Virus record (IMG/VR): IMGVR_UViG_3300047160_007353
Location: 11,335 to 75,334 of that record
DNA length: 64,000 nt
Source: a virus
Lineage: Duplodnaviria > Caudoviricetes
Strand: one strand, 5' to 3'
Below are positions 9,801 to 18,465 of this stretch, one piece after another. The notes below the pieces were generated by a model that worked only from the letters and a program-made list of their open reading frames with translations, made no database searches and was not told the origin of the DNA. Position 1 is the stretch's first letter. Every line of letters starts with the position of its first letter. The translations under genes and the position numbers were made by a program.

Positions 9801-10293
9801 GGGACCACTGGAGCAGCTCGCCGACAGGCAGTTCTTCAGCGGCCGGCGGCTGTCAGACTTGAGACCTACTGCTACTGGAAAGGGGATTGCCTCCCTGTTC
9901 TCCGACGAATACTCTCAGCCCGTGAGCCAGTTTATCAGCAACACTCCGTTGACACGCTTTGCGACGTCATTGGACAAGCTTTTAGATACGCAAGGGCTGA
10001 ACGCGAATGGAAGGAAGCCTGGTTGGGCAACAGGGATCAACCTCGCGACGGGTGCCCGTATTACTGACGTGGACCTGGAGAAGCAGCGATACTTCGAGCA
10101 GCGCGACGCCGTGAGGCGGCTCATGGATTCGATGCCACACCTCAGTAAGTACACGGAGTATTACCCGAGGCCCGAACAGAAGGCACAGCTCACGCCAGAG
10201 GAGATAGACGCACTCCAGATGTCGAAGTACCTGAGAGACCGAGCCACGAAGTACATGGAGCGCAGGAGAATGCAGCAGGGGGTTCTGCCATGA
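6820..10293 (+). CDS. large putative internal virion / DNA ejection protein
   Basis: 1157 aa with a DIATDPL N-terminal segment. The C-terminal FDYGDL...RRAVPFYTFARKNLP region resembles large phage ejection proteins. Confidence 0.6.
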   Translation: MPPGLDLDFGIGNFSPSLGMPQRQYGYNLPQEPGERESFGQGLIERSKGALGSILHALDWPGSKVRGILGGKPGESLTGRQLLNQYGVTNPGDRGWGSWGAGLAADIATDPLMYATFGAKHALTGGGRALEKLGTFRGWNRKAMLEGFHGVESDLSATRSPEYIRHLRDAGQRIATPGQEAAYQAATGKALRPNTPMSGLARFSVPFQPELGFTVGSGRLARRIAGGLDRAGDFLSVGNPVSRMLGAGFDWRRRSAVDEISQRAAMATTPYRKAQESVARTSEYRTLDPINKLLQKYPKNEHNIQRAVQINVENTSPLALLSRAKNPAQRRGLERLLKETQPIGEEIRLKESEQLAEAHAKGLNLQNSNDPYAEYGPRQSTEALLAAREGRGGLQLQERGVLFPGGSGANMHRKDPLRGIPGGTDRINDWVNRFAGDKRTRNAVFSDMLDDYMHMRGGSVPTSDETLALFNKSGEVETFLKGLAPKTYLGKIKQHPYFSLDTAANVRRSGEQHARTTSSAESLYKGIGWAGRKVTPAELASGEFTDINSALKQLGLRTYKTGDPKAFWKGARVEAYRALAPKGAGEVEPLMSRYSKRLKASVPSKALEKELSTAWGIPTKELGNLKKRYANWILPEEGIKPVRIWDSLTNSFKALSYPIWLASHVRNATTAAYHNLLTGVKGKDYAKQFNLMRGNLPESVAAGIREGQYGHGRIFEEGGPHLELAGSSLPHPVPSGRSWTKYTPGTNRYGPGQSGPTGSFLGDVGHLLWNEGALQFGKDVKKFAGDVGSEVKKQGLGGFIKNLPSTMENWKGAPNPFGIRGVGGRQQDVFGPVKVGRQISTNLENFFRGAQFEGLKRQGYSSEMAVEVLRKRHFDYGDLARFEKNVARRAVPFYTFARKNLPLQLETLATQPGAFSAPFKPAMVDRDKQEYIPEYLDQGFVMPLGPEQDGSRRFLSSLGLPQEEAFREFSTWNGRPDIGSSLMHMAGNLNPIIKGPLEQLADRQFFSGRRLSDLRPTATGKGIASLFSDEYSQPVSQFISNTPLTRFATSLDKLLDTQGLNANGRKPGWATGINLATGARITDVDLEKQRYFEQRDAVRRLMDSMPHLSKYTEYYPRPEQKAQLTPEEIDALQMSKYLRDRATKYMERRRMQQGVLP

Positions 10294-10652
10294 CACTGAA
10301 CCAGCTCGCCGTTCTCTGCAAGAACTGGCAGTCCGTCCTCCGTCTCAAGGACTGGGACATCAAGGTTGGCTTCTCGACCAGGAACGAAATGGTGGAGGGC
10401 GCCCGCGGGCTTTGCATCCCCGAGATCGAGACCAAGACAGCCATCATCAGGGTGCTCGAAGAGAAGTGCTACGATGATGGACCGTGGCCCTACGACGCAG
10501 AGGAGACGCTCATTCATGAGCTTCTTCACCTTCACTTCCTCCCGATGAAGATCCAGCCTGACACCGCAGAGAACACTGCCCAGGAGCAGGCAATCAATCT
10601 GATCTCGGCCGCCCTCGTCGAACTCAAGAAGGTGGCCAAGAGAAAGGGCTGA
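10290..10652 (+). CDS. small HExxH zincin-like protein
   Basis: AEETLIHELLHLHF motif; ATGA overlap. Confidence 0.55.
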   Translation: MTLNQLAVLCKNWQSVLRLKDWDIKVGFSTRNEMVEGARGLCIPEIETKTAIIRVLEEKCYDDGPWPYDAEETLIHELLHLHFLPMKIQPDTAENTAQEQAINLISAALVELKKVAKRKG

Positions 10653-10658
10653 CGCGAA

Positions 10659-11600
10659 GTGATCATCACGAACCACGTCGAGCGTGCCGAGCTAGGTCAG
10701 CCCTTCTTCAGATTCCTGATGTCTGACCTTCACCTCGGCAGCGTGAATGCTGACCACAACCTGATCACCAGAGACCTGAGGAGGGCCAAAGATGTTGGAG
10801 CCCGAGTCCTCATCAACGGGGACATCTTCGACTGCATCGGAGCCAAGGACAAGAGATACGATCTCTCTGTCCTACATCCGGAGGTGGCAAGACGAAAGGA
10901 CCTCACTTCAGCAATCGTCGATGTCGCGTTCGACCTACTCCTGCCCTTCGCAGAAATCATCGATGTTGTGGGGATAGGCAACCACGAGGAGACCTGGATT
11001 GCTTACTGTAACACTGACCCAGTCGCCCGGCTCATCGAACGTCTTAATGCGAGTGCAGCAACATCGATTCGGCATGGTAGTTCCTGGGGCTACATACGAA
11101 CACGTTTTCTCGTTGGCGGGCACCGCAGACGTCCCTCTCACAGACTTCTTTACCTTCACGGAACGGGAGGCGATAGCCCCGTTACCAAAGGCACAATCGA
11201 TTTCGCACGCAAGGGACGTAACTGGCGTTACGACTGCCTGACGTTCGGCCACAAGCACAACTACGTGTGTTCGGCCGATCAGATCGGCGACGTATCCGAT
11301 GCTGGCCGGTACAGGGAGCGGCGCCAGCTCAACATCCAGACGGGCTCGTACTACCGGAACTACCGGCAGCTCGGGCAGAAGGATGTCCTAGACTACTCAT
11401 ACGCAGCCCGCTCGGCCCACCCTCCCAAGCCGTTGGGCGGCGTCTTCCTGATCCTGAAACCGATCGAAGGCGAGGACGGCCTGGAGATCGAGCAGGACTT
11501 CGCGAGCAACATCGTTCACCCATGGAAACCCAAGGCCAAGCGAGGCAATGAACAAAAAGCGAAACAGCAAGATCAGGACGTACACGGGTCTGATGTTTGA
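10659..11600 (+). CDS. calcineurin-like metallophosphoesterase
   Basis: SDLHLG, GDIFD, GNHE, HG and GHKH motifs in canonical order. Confidence 0.8.
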   Translation: MIITNHVERAELGQPFFRFLMSDLHLGSVNADHNLITRDLRRAKDVGARVLINGDIFDCIGAKDKRYDLSVLHPEVARRKDLTSAIVDVAFDLLLPFAEIIDVVGIGNHEETWIAYCNTDPVARLIERLNASAATSIRHGSSWGYIRTRFLVGGHRRRPSHRLLYLHGTGGDSPVTKGTIDFARKGRNWRYDCLTFGHKHNYVCSADQIGDVSDAGRYRERRQLNIQTGSYYRNYRQLGQKDVLDYSYAARSAHPPKPLGGVFLILKPIEGEDGLEIEQDFASNIVHPWKPKAKRGNEQKAKQQDQDVHGSDV

Positions 11601-12111
11601 CCCTCTGAACCCTGATCCAGACCTGATCAACATCGAGGACATCGCCCATGCTCTGTCAATGCAATGCCGGTTTTCGGGGCATACGACTTTTCATTACAGT
11701 GTGGGCAGTCACAGTCTTGTTGTGTGCCGCCTGTGTCCGGCTGAACATCAACTCTGGGGACTGCTGCACGACGCAAGCGAAGCCTACCTCGTCGACCTGC
11801 CAAGCCCCGTCAAGAAGTGCTCCGAGTTCAAGGTGTTCCGGCGGTACGAACAACGCCTGCACGAAGCAATCCATTACAGGTTCAAGGTGCAGAGCCAGAT
11901 CGACGAGCCGGCCGTCAAGCACGCAGACGCGGTAGCTCTGGCCGCCGAGAAGCGTCAGACAATGGGGCTAACCTCGTCGCTGGAAGGCTTGGACTGGCGC
12001 GAGGTAGAGGCTGCCGAGAGCCTCATTCACATGAATCCGACCTGGTACGTCGAGCGCGCGTTTCTGGAGATGTTCCGCAGGCTGAGCGCAAAAAATGAGG
12101 CCCAACCTTGA
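11548..12111 (+). CDS. HD-domain phosphohydrolase (YfbR/YfdR-like nucleotidase)
   Basis: IEDIAHALS...RFSGH...YSVGSHS...LLHDASEAYLVDLPSPVK. Confidence 0.8.
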   Translation: MNKKRNSKIRTYTGLMFDPLNPDPDLINIEDIAHALSMQCRFSGHTTFHYSVGSHSLVVCRLCPAEHQLWGLLHDASEAYLVDLPSPVKKCSEFKVFRRYEQRLHEAIHYRFKVQSQIDEPAVKHADAVALAAEKRQTMGLTSSLEGLDWREVEAAESLIHMNPTWYVERAFLEMFRRLSAKNEAQP

Positions 12112-12230
12112 CAGAGCTGATGACATGGGTGGTCATCATCCTGCTGGTTGGGCCTCTATTGGGCTTCGCTATTTTCGCTGCGCTCCTGAGCCTGGTATTC
12201 TATCTCCAGGCTAGATCACGCCGGCCTTGA
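12108..12230 (+). CDS. small single-TM peptide (40 aa), not in ORF track
   Basis: TTGA overlap with the HD gene stop; WVVIILLVGPLLGFAIFAALLSLVFYL. Confidence 0.45.
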   Translation: MTELMTWVVIILLVGPLLGFAIFAALLSLVFYLQARSRRP

Positions 12231-12426
12231 GTTCGTCCAGGCGTCTCGCAAGCCGATCCTCGACGGACTCCCCATCGACGACCCGAAGCGAGCCGCTCTT
12301 GAACCTTGTAAGCTCGGGGACGTGGTCCCCGTGGATGTCGATGTAGCTGATGGGGTCGTCGTCCTTGGCTCCATAGGTTTCCATGAGAGCCTTGAAGTCG
12401 CCCCAGTTCATGTGCTCGCGTATCAT
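12211..12426 (-). CDS. hypothetical phage protein
   Basis: Tightly overlapping minus-strand small-gene run. Confidence 0.5.
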   Translation of the reverse strand: MIREHMNWGDFKALMETYGAKDDDPISYIDIHGDHVPELTRFKSGSLRVVDGESVEDRLARRLDELKAGVI

Positions 12427-12620
12427 GGTTGGTCTCCTGGTTTGGTGGATATCTTGACGGTCTGCCCCGACGCGGCTGCTATCGGGATGTCAAACGTGAA
12501 CTCGCGAACCGGCACGCCGCTTCGGTAACGGAACGAAGAGGTGCACCAGATTGTTTCCTGGCTAAACAGCGACCCATCCTCGTTTGTGATTGTCACTTCC
12601 GCCTGAAACCTTTCAGTCAT
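12423..12620 (-). CDS. hypothetical phage protein
   Basis: ATGA-coupled to the next gene. Confidence 0.45.
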   Translation of the reverse strand: MTERFQAEVTITNEDGSLFSQETIWCTSSFRYRSGVPVREFTFDIPIAAASGQTVKISTKPGDQP

Positions 12621-12803
12621 TGGCGCTCCTCAGTCTCGCCGCCGAAAGATCGGCCGGCGGTCAAATTCGTTTTCCTTGCTGGTGTTGTTCACCACGATGG
12701 TGAATTGCTCGCATTCGTTTGTGATCTCGATTGGCTCACTCTCCCAGATCAGCTTTCCGTCTGGGTTGCGAACCTGGAACTTGCCGTAGTGCTTCTCCAA
12801 CAG

Positions 12804-13157
12804 TCAGCCCTCCAGTCCTTTCTCGTAGGCTTCAGAGAGCACGCTTGCTCTCTCCATGATGGGTTCGAGGTTGTACGTGTAGTCGCTGATCGCGTCCCAC
12901 CCTCCGTTGCCGTAGACCAGGTGCACCCAGCCGACGCGCTTGCCGCCTTTGTACATGATCAGGTGCTCGTCGTCGGCGGCAAACATGACACCGAGCACCT
13001 CCGTGGGGTTAGTGGATGGAGACGGCAGCTCCTCGCTGTCCCCTCCGTTGTCCACGTTGACTGAGTACCCGGCCTTGATGGCGTCCAGGATGACGCGCCT
13101 GGCCAGTCCTGTCTCTGCTCTCTTGCGCTTGACGATGTCCAAGGTCAATACTCCCAT
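12804..13157 (-). CDS. hypothetical phage protein
   Basis: Protein-like composition within the coupled operon. Confidence 0.55.
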   Translation of the reverse strand: MGVLTLDIVKRKRAETGLARRVILDAIKAGYSVNVDNGGDSEELPSPSTNPTEVLGVMFAADDEHLIMYKGGKRVGWVHLVYGNGGWDAISDYTYNLEPIMERASVLSEAYEKGLEG

Positions 13158-13375
13158 GAGTGGTCGTAGTATCCGTCGCCGTCGGGCTCGATGGTTTCGC
13201 CCATCTCTTCAAGCTCTCGACGGCCGTCCCCTCTGCTCGCTGACCAGCCGCAGTAGCAGCGGGCCAGCCCGTAGTGGTTTTCGCAGTCGTCACAGACAAA
13301 GCACCCGCAGTAGCGGGAGAAGTGACAGGTCCCGCCGCACAGGCACGTCTTGGTTTGTTCATTGAGTCTTTGCAC
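13145..13375 (-). CDS. small Cys-rich (putative Zn-binding) protein
   Basis: CLCGGTC...CGCFVCDDC...CYCGWS. Confidence 0.55.
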   Translation of the reverse strand: MQRLNEQTKTCLCGGTCHFSRYCGCFVCDDCENHYGLARCYCGWSASRGDGRRELEEMGETIEPDGDGYYDHSWEY

Positions 13376-13559
13376 GGTGTACCTCCTCGCGGATCTTGTC
13401 GTAACACGCGACGTAGCACTCGTAGTGGCGGTTGATCAGCCTCACGAAGTCGGCGGGTTGGAGGCTTCTTTTCACCAGGTCTTCGACCTCCACGCAAGCC
13501 CTCCGATTGAAAACCTCGGTTATCGAATCAATCCGCTTGTCGTATTCGTCCTCAGTCAT
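13359..13559 (-). CDS. hypothetical phage protein
   Basis: ATG at 13559 overlaps the sigma stop (ATGA). Confidence 0.5.
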   Translation of the reverse strand: MTEDEYDKRIDSITEVFNRRACVEVEDLVKRSLQPADFVRLINRHYECYVACYDKIREEVHRAKTQ

Positions 13560-14074
13560 TGTGGTTCGATCTCCTCGTAGCTCGCGTTCGAGGTTTCTAG
13601 CGCCATCCGCACGGTCTCTTCCTTCTCTTGCGAGAAGTCGAGGTAAGCAGCAATCTCCCTGTGGGTTGGCTCTCGTCCGATGATCTCGGCCAGCAATCGC
13701 TTTGCTCGCTCCCACTTCGCAAGCAGGGTCACAACGTAGGCGGGCAGCTTGATGGGCTTGCCCGAAGACAGGACGATCCGCCGCATGGACTGCCTGATCC
13801 AAGCGGCGGCGAACGTCGAAAACCTCGTCCCCAGGGACAGGTCATAGGCGTCGATGGCTCTCATGAGCCCGAGGTTTCCCTCGCTGATCAGGTCCTCGCG
13901 GCCGACGCCGCTTTCCTTGTACTTCGCGGAAAGCCTGATCACCAACCGCAGGTTGGCCTTGATGGCGACCTCTCTTGCTTCGGGGTCACCGTCGGCGATC
14001 CTCTTGAACACCTCGATCTCCTGCTCGCGTGTCAAGAGGGGAGTCTTGGAGACGTCCGAGAAGTATTCTCTCAT
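13556..14074 (-). CDS. sigma-70 family factor, regions 1.2-3 only (no region 4)
   Basis: PLLTREQE, ANLRLV, DLISEGNLGLMRAIDAYD...GTRFSTFAAAWIRQ, GREPTHREIA, then a stop. Confidence 0.85.
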   Translation of the reverse strand: MREYFSDVSKTPLLTREQEIEVFKRIADGDPEAREVAIKANLRLVIRLSAKYKESGVGREDLISEGNLGLMRAIDAYDLSLGTRFSTFAAAWIRQSMRRIVLSSGKPIKLPAYVVTLLAKWERAKRLLAEIIGREPTHREIAAYLDFSQEKEETVRMALETSNASYEEIEPQ

Positions 14075-14301
14075 TGCTTCTCCATCAATCTCTTGGTCTC
14101 TTCGACGAGGGCCTTCTGGTAGATCGGCCACGCCTCTTCGTGCTCATCTCTTGGTAGGCGCAGCTCGCAGCTTGCCTCGAAGAACGCTCGCTCATCCCAG
14201 TCTGTCGTTGCCGGATCGAGCGCCTCACCGAACTCGCCAACAAATAGCATGGCGTCTGCCTTGGCGCTTTTCAAGATCATTGCTCTGGTTTTGTGCTTCA
14301 C
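14071..14301 (-). CDS. hypothetical phage protein
   Basis: ATGA-coupled to the sigma gene. Confidence 0.5.
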   Translation of the reverse strand: MKHKTRAMILKSAKADAMLFVGEFGEALDPATTDWDERAFFEASCELRLPRDEHEEAWPIYQKALVEETKRLMEKQ

Positions 14302-14406
14302 CCTGCATTGTCCTCGCTAGGCGTCACGCGCCTAATCAAGAAGTCCTTCAGCAACCCGAAGGGCTACTGAAGGACTTCCATGAGATCGGCGCAAACTGTG
14401 GCGGCA

Positions 14407-14709
14407 TCAGATGTTGGCGAAGTAAGCCGCTTCTCCCCCGCCGAACCCGAAAGGGGTTTGCTGAATCATGGCCTTGCCATCCGATGACCAGACGGTCAGG
14501 ATTGCAGCGACCACGTTGGACCCGTAGGCCCGCTTGTCGAACCACTGGTCAAACGAACCGATCACATGGTCAAGTGTCTCCCCTGGCTGCTGGTTGCGCC
14601 AGGCGAAGAGGCCGCCCTCAAGGGTCTGGGGCGGCACACTGACCTCGACTGCCGGGTTGACGCCATCGACCTGCGTCCAGTCGATGTGTCCGATCGTCCA
14701 TGCTGTCAT
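14407..14709 (-). CDS. hypothetical phage protein
   Basis: Coupled ORF in the operon. Confidence 0.5.
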   Translation of the reverse strand: MTAWTIGHIDWTQVDGVNPAVEVSVPPQTLEGGLFAWRNQQPGETLDHVIGSFDQWFDKRAYGSNVVAAILTVWSSDGKAMIQQTPFGFGGGEAAYFANI

Positions 14710-14945
14710 AGAATCTCCTTGAAGTTCATGTAGCTGTCAAAGACAGGGAGGCTCATCTTCCAGTACCGGCTATGCGATCCATTCGTGACCGGTTCTCCTG
14801 ACGCCTCCCTGATCAGACCAAGAACTTTCTGGGCTTCCGCTTGGGCCTCCCATTCCTGATTGGCGACGACGACCCCTAGCATGCTGCTCAGCTCGCCCAA
14901 ATTTTCCTTGTCGCGTTGCTCGTAGATTGCGACTACATACGGCAT
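14706..14945 (-). CDS. hypothetical phage protein
   Basis: Coupled ORF in the operon. Confidence 0.5.
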   Translation of the reverse strand: MPYVVAIYEQRDKENLGELSSMLGVVVANQEWEAQAEAQKVLGLIREASGEPVTNGSHSRYWKMSLPVFDSYMNFKEIL

Positions 14946-14948
14946 TGA

Positions 14949-17825
14949 TCAGAAGTCCCATACGTCGGACTCGACCGACGCTCTGATGGCTTTGAACAGG
15001 GCGTCCAGGTCCTCGCCAAAGACGCCGCCGTTCCCCGGGCAATGAATTGTAGGCTCCTTCGGGGGAGCGTACACTTTCGGTTTCTCCTCCACGATCTGGC
15101 GTAGCTCGGCCATCGCTTCCTCGATCGTCTCGTCATCGGATTTCTCCGGAACGACCACGACCGGCGGCCCCGGCGGCGGTTCTTCAACGACGACGGCAGC
15201 TTTCTTCTTGCCGCCAGCTTTGATCTTGGTCCAGTTCCTCTTGATGAGTTCTGGATCGATGCTCTCTCCCAACAGCTTCAACAGCATCAGATCATCCGAT
15301 CCCGAATCGCCCATCGAAGCGATGCCAGAATCTCCTACCCTGCCAGATTCGAGAACCTGTGCCGCCCTATCCTTGTTGCCCATGAGCATGAGCGCTGCGG
15401 CCTGTGCGGTCCCCGCGTAGTAAAGGTAGTCGATCGTGCATTCCCTCGTCTGACCGATTCGTCTAGACCTCCCCTCGAATTGCCTCAGTATGGTCAGAAC
15501 GTACCCCGTCTCGTAGGCAATCAGGTGATTGAAGTTGAACTTGTAATTGCCGTTGCCCGAAGGACAAAACAAGTCACGTCCCGTGGCGATCACGGACGTG
15601 TTCGACAGCATGACCTCGAAGTTCCCCGCATGAGCTTCTAGCCACTGGCTACGCTCGCGAGGGGGAACGTCTCCGGCCCTCAGGACTCCAACTCTGAGGC
15701 CGTGGTCAGTAAGGACCTTCTGCAAACGGCCAAGCACGTCGTGTTTGCCAGTCAGCAGACAGCCAACCCAGGTCTGGTCCCCCATGTCCCTGTACTTGAC
15801 GCACAGGTCAATGAGGGCCTTCTCCTTGGGGAGCACCAGATCCTTGCTGAAGTTTTCCGGCGTCGCAACGCCCACGAAGTTGTTTCTGACGTAATGATTC
15901 GGGATCATCCACCAGCCAACGGCGTGCGAGTCGAGAGGGTGTTCCTTGTCCTTGGGGAACATGGGGATCCAGTCCCAAGGCCGGTCTGGGTAGGCCAGGA
16001 GCGTCCACAGCATAGTCGCAAGCAGCTTGCGGTTCCCGTGCATGACCAGAGCCGCGTTTGCGTCCTTGAGAGTCTGTTCAAGGGATCGGTAGGCCATCTT
16101 GACATCACCAGGAAGCTCGACCGCGACGACGTTGGGGACCAGGTCAGGCAGTCCCTCAACGAAATCGTCCAGCTTCAGGAACGTGGCAGCCCCTATGACC
16201 TGTTCCGAGAACAGAGCCGGCATGATGCCCGGTCTTGGCTTGAACTCGGTCTTGAAGTCGCCGAGCTTGGCTGAACCGGCGGACTTAAGACCGTGCTTCT
16301 TTCCATTGCCCTCGTGCGCACCCACTGTGGTCTTGTAGCGCTTGATCTCATCGAAGCATCCGTACCTCTCGGTCCAGTCTTTGTCCGCATCGCCCCAATC
16401 GAAACCTCGGGCAATGAGGTCGGCGGGCCTGGTCCGCCACAACAACGTGAAGATGCTGGAAGCATACCCGTTGAGGAACGTTCCGGTAAGCCCTACGCAG
16501 TACCGGGTCGCAGCCAGGATCTTCCCGAAGGCGAGCGATTGCTCGCTCTCCTCCGACTTCTGCTGATGCGCCTCATCAACGACGATGTACTTGAAGAGGC
16601 GCTTCATCTTTCTCTGGATCAGAAGCGCGGGCGACCACCACCAGGGTTTGTTGGTGTACTGGTAGAGCGGTTCGCCGCACTTCTTGACCACCCATCGCTT
16701 GCCCGCGTGCTTGACGATGGAGCCAACCCGAGACTTCCTGATTTCGCCAGGGATCTGCGGTCTGGCTCCTGCTTTGTGCTTGGGATTGGGCTCACCAAGA
16801 AGACTGATCCGATCCAGCCCCCCGCTGCAAGTCACGCCCTCATCCGGCAGCTCCTCCAGATAGACAGCTTCGCAGCATTTGTAATTGCTGTCAAGCTTCT
16901 TCAGCGGCATCGGCTTTCCCTTGTCATCCATGATGAAGGTCCCGCAGCGCGGGCAAGCCGCCAGCTTCTCCATGACTGGCTTCTTCTTGGTGCGCCAGCC
17001 GCACTTCTCGTCCCAGACCTTGACGGGCTCTCCTCTCTCGTCCAGGACGTCCTGGTGATCCATCACCCTCCACCTCCCGGTGGCGTTGGTCCTCTCGGCA
17101 CCGGTCAAACCGAACGCTTTCTTCTGGCCAAGCCCCTCAGTCTGAGAGGTGCGCTTGGCCAGGTCCCTTCCAATGATCCACCACTCAGGACCTTCCGGCG
17201 GCTTCCACCGGCCAACGCGATGGGTTACCATGCTGCCGTTGTGGGTTTCCGGACGGCACTCGAACTCGTACTCCTTGTCCTGGAATTCGCGGTTCTCGTC
17301 GAAGTGCGGACCAGGACCGGTAGAAACTGGCGACTCGCGGACAGAAGCCGGCTTGGGACCCTGGATCTTTCGGACCTCTTTGTGTCCAAGGTCCATCAGA
17401 TCCAGGAAGTCCCACCACTTCTTGTAGGCGAAGACCTTCGCGTCGGGGATCGTGGGCTTGATCTCCTGCTCTGCCCACTTGTAGATGAGGTCGTCCGGAC
17501 AGAGGATGATTGCTCTGTACCTTCCCCCGAACTTCTTCATGGCGTGCTCGTGCACGCTCAGGATCGAAGTCAGTGACTTGCCGCACCCTGGCTCCCCGAT
17601 GAAGAACACGGAGTTCTGTTCGTCGAGCGCCTTGCTCATGGCTGCGACCATGTCGGCCTGAGCGGGAAACGGCTTCCGGTTCGGAGGGATGTAGTCGAAC
17701 GGCGGAACTGGGTCCTTCTCGGGGACGTGGAGCGGAGCAAAGCCATCGATGACTTTCCGCGCCAGTGCGTCCCCGAAGGACTCCAGATACCCGCCAAGAT
17801 CCTTGATCTTTGCGAGTTCTTTCAA
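14949..17825 (-). CDS. SNF2-like / SF2 helicase with Cys-rich insertion
   Basis: GEPGCGKS (Walker A), VVDEAH (Walker B), GLTGT (motif III), QFEGRSRRIGQ (motif VI), CPRCG insert. Confidence 0.8.
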   Translation of the reverse strand: MKELAKIKDLGGYLESFGDALARKVIDGFAPLHVPEKDPVPPFDYIPPNRKPFPAQADMVAAMSKALDEQNSVFFIGEPGCGKSLTSILSVHEHAMKKFGGRYRAIILCPDDLIYKWAEQEIKPTIPDAKVFAYKKWWDFLDLMDLGHKEVRKIQGPKPASVRESPVSTGPGPHFDENREFQDKEYEFECRPETHNGSMVTHRVGRWKPPEGPEWWIIGRDLAKRTSQTEGLGQKKAFGLTGAERTNATGRWRVMDHQDVLDERGEPVKVWDEKCGWRTKKKPVMEKLAACPRCGTFIMDDKGKPMPLKKLDSNYKCCEAVYLEELPDEGVTCSGGLDRISLLGEPNPKHKAGARPQIPGEIRKSRVGSIVKHAGKRWVVKKCGEPLYQYTNKPWWWSPALLIQRKMKRLFKYIVVDEAHQQKSEESEQSLAFGKILAATRYCVGLTGTFLNGYASSIFTLLWRTRPADLIARGFDWGDADKDWTERYGCFDEIKRYKTTVGAHEGNGKKHGLKSAGSAKLGDFKTEFKPRPGIMPALFSEQVIGAATFLKLDDFVEGLPDLVPNVVAVELPGDVKMAYRSLEQTLKDANAALVMHGNRKLLATMLWTLLAYPDRPWDWIPMFPKDKEHPLDSHAVGWWMIPNHYVRNNFVGVATPENFSKDLVLPKEKALIDLCVKYRDMGDQTWVGCLLTGKHDVLGRLQKVLTDHGLRVGVLRAGDVPPRERSQWLEAHAGNFEVMLSNTSVIATGRDLFCPSGNGNYKFNFNHLIAYETGYVLTILRQFEGRSRRIGQTRECTIDYLYYAGTAQAAALMLMGNKDRAAQVLESGRVGDSGIASMGDSGSDDLMLLKLLGESIDPELIKRNWTKIKAGGKKKAAVVVEEPPPGPPVVVVPEKSDDETIEEAMAELRQIVEEKPKVYAPPKEPTIHCPGNGGVFGEDLDALFKAIRASVESDVWDF

Positions 17826-17846
17826 GATGCTTGGTCCTCGTGTTTG

Positions 17847-17869
17847 TGAAACCTCAATTTGAGGCTTCA
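17847..17869. repeat. 23-bp dispersed palindrome, copy 2
   Basis: TGAAACCTC AATTT GAGGCTTCA; contains the stop codon of 17854..18465. Confidence 0.9.
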
Positions 17870-18465
17870 GCAGAAAACGAAAGTTGCCCGCTCTGAATCC
17901 CCTCCGAGACGATCTCGTCGAGTTGCTTGTCGCTGCTGAGGGTCAGGACCCCGGAGTGCAGGCGGTAGCACCGGCACTCACGCAGCAGGTTCTTGGTGAT
18001 CAGCGCCTTGGTGATGTAAGGCATCCACGACCTCAAGATTGGAGTCGTGAACTCATCTGACTTCAACTTGAGCCAGATCGTTTCCGGGCACATGGTGCGC
18101 AGAAACGCTTTGTCCTTGCTGATCAGCGTTGCGTGAACCAGACCGTACTCCAGCTTGTGGATATACGTCTTGTAGCCTTCCTCCGATGGGAAGAGGCTTT
18201 CTGGCCTCTTGTGTCTCCATGCGTCCGCCGAAAGGCTTGGCCGCACAGTCACGATCCCCTCGAAGGAACAGAAAGGCTTTGATCCTTTTGGCGAGTGAAG
18301 CATAGCCCTCGCCGCTTTGACCTCCATGCCAGATGCCACTATGGAGATCATCTCCAGGGTTTGCCCATCATGGGCCAGCTTGTCCACCTTGACGTTCGGG
18401 ACCAGCTCGTCCTTGGACTGGAACTTGACCGTCCCGAACTCCCAGAGTTCCGTTTCGCTCATCAA
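17854..18465 (-). CDS. hypothetical protein upstream of SNF2-like helicase
   Basis: 203-aa ORF ending inside palindrome copy 2 (...AEASN*). Confidence 0.6.
   Translation of the reverse strand: MMSETELWEFGTVKFQSKDELVPNVKVDKLAHDGQTLEMISIVASGMEVKAARAMLHSPKGSKPFCSFEGIVTVRPSLSADAWRHKRPESLFPSEEGYKTYIHKLEYGLVHATLISKDKAFLRTMCPETIWLKLKSDEFTTPILRSWMPYITKALITKNLLRECRCYRLHSGVLTLSSDKQLDEIVSEGIQSGQLSFSAEASN

Noticed and set aside
6049-12111. 2-aminoadenine (Z-genome) pathway
   Set aside because: An HD hydrolase and a DUF5664-like gene are present, but no PurZ and no DNA polymerase appear in the window.
12603-12616. CTGAAACCTTTCAG mini-palindrome, and lone arms at 24317 (TGAAGCCTC) and 63294 (GAGGTTTCA)
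   Set aside because: All are inside coding sequence with no partner arm. A given 9-mer is expected about 0.5 times by chance over both strands of 64 kb.
17847-17869. Palindromes as intrinsic terminators
   Set aside because: There is no U-tract, orientation is mixed (an A-C mismatch in the RNA stem in some copies), and arm sequence is conserved without covariation.
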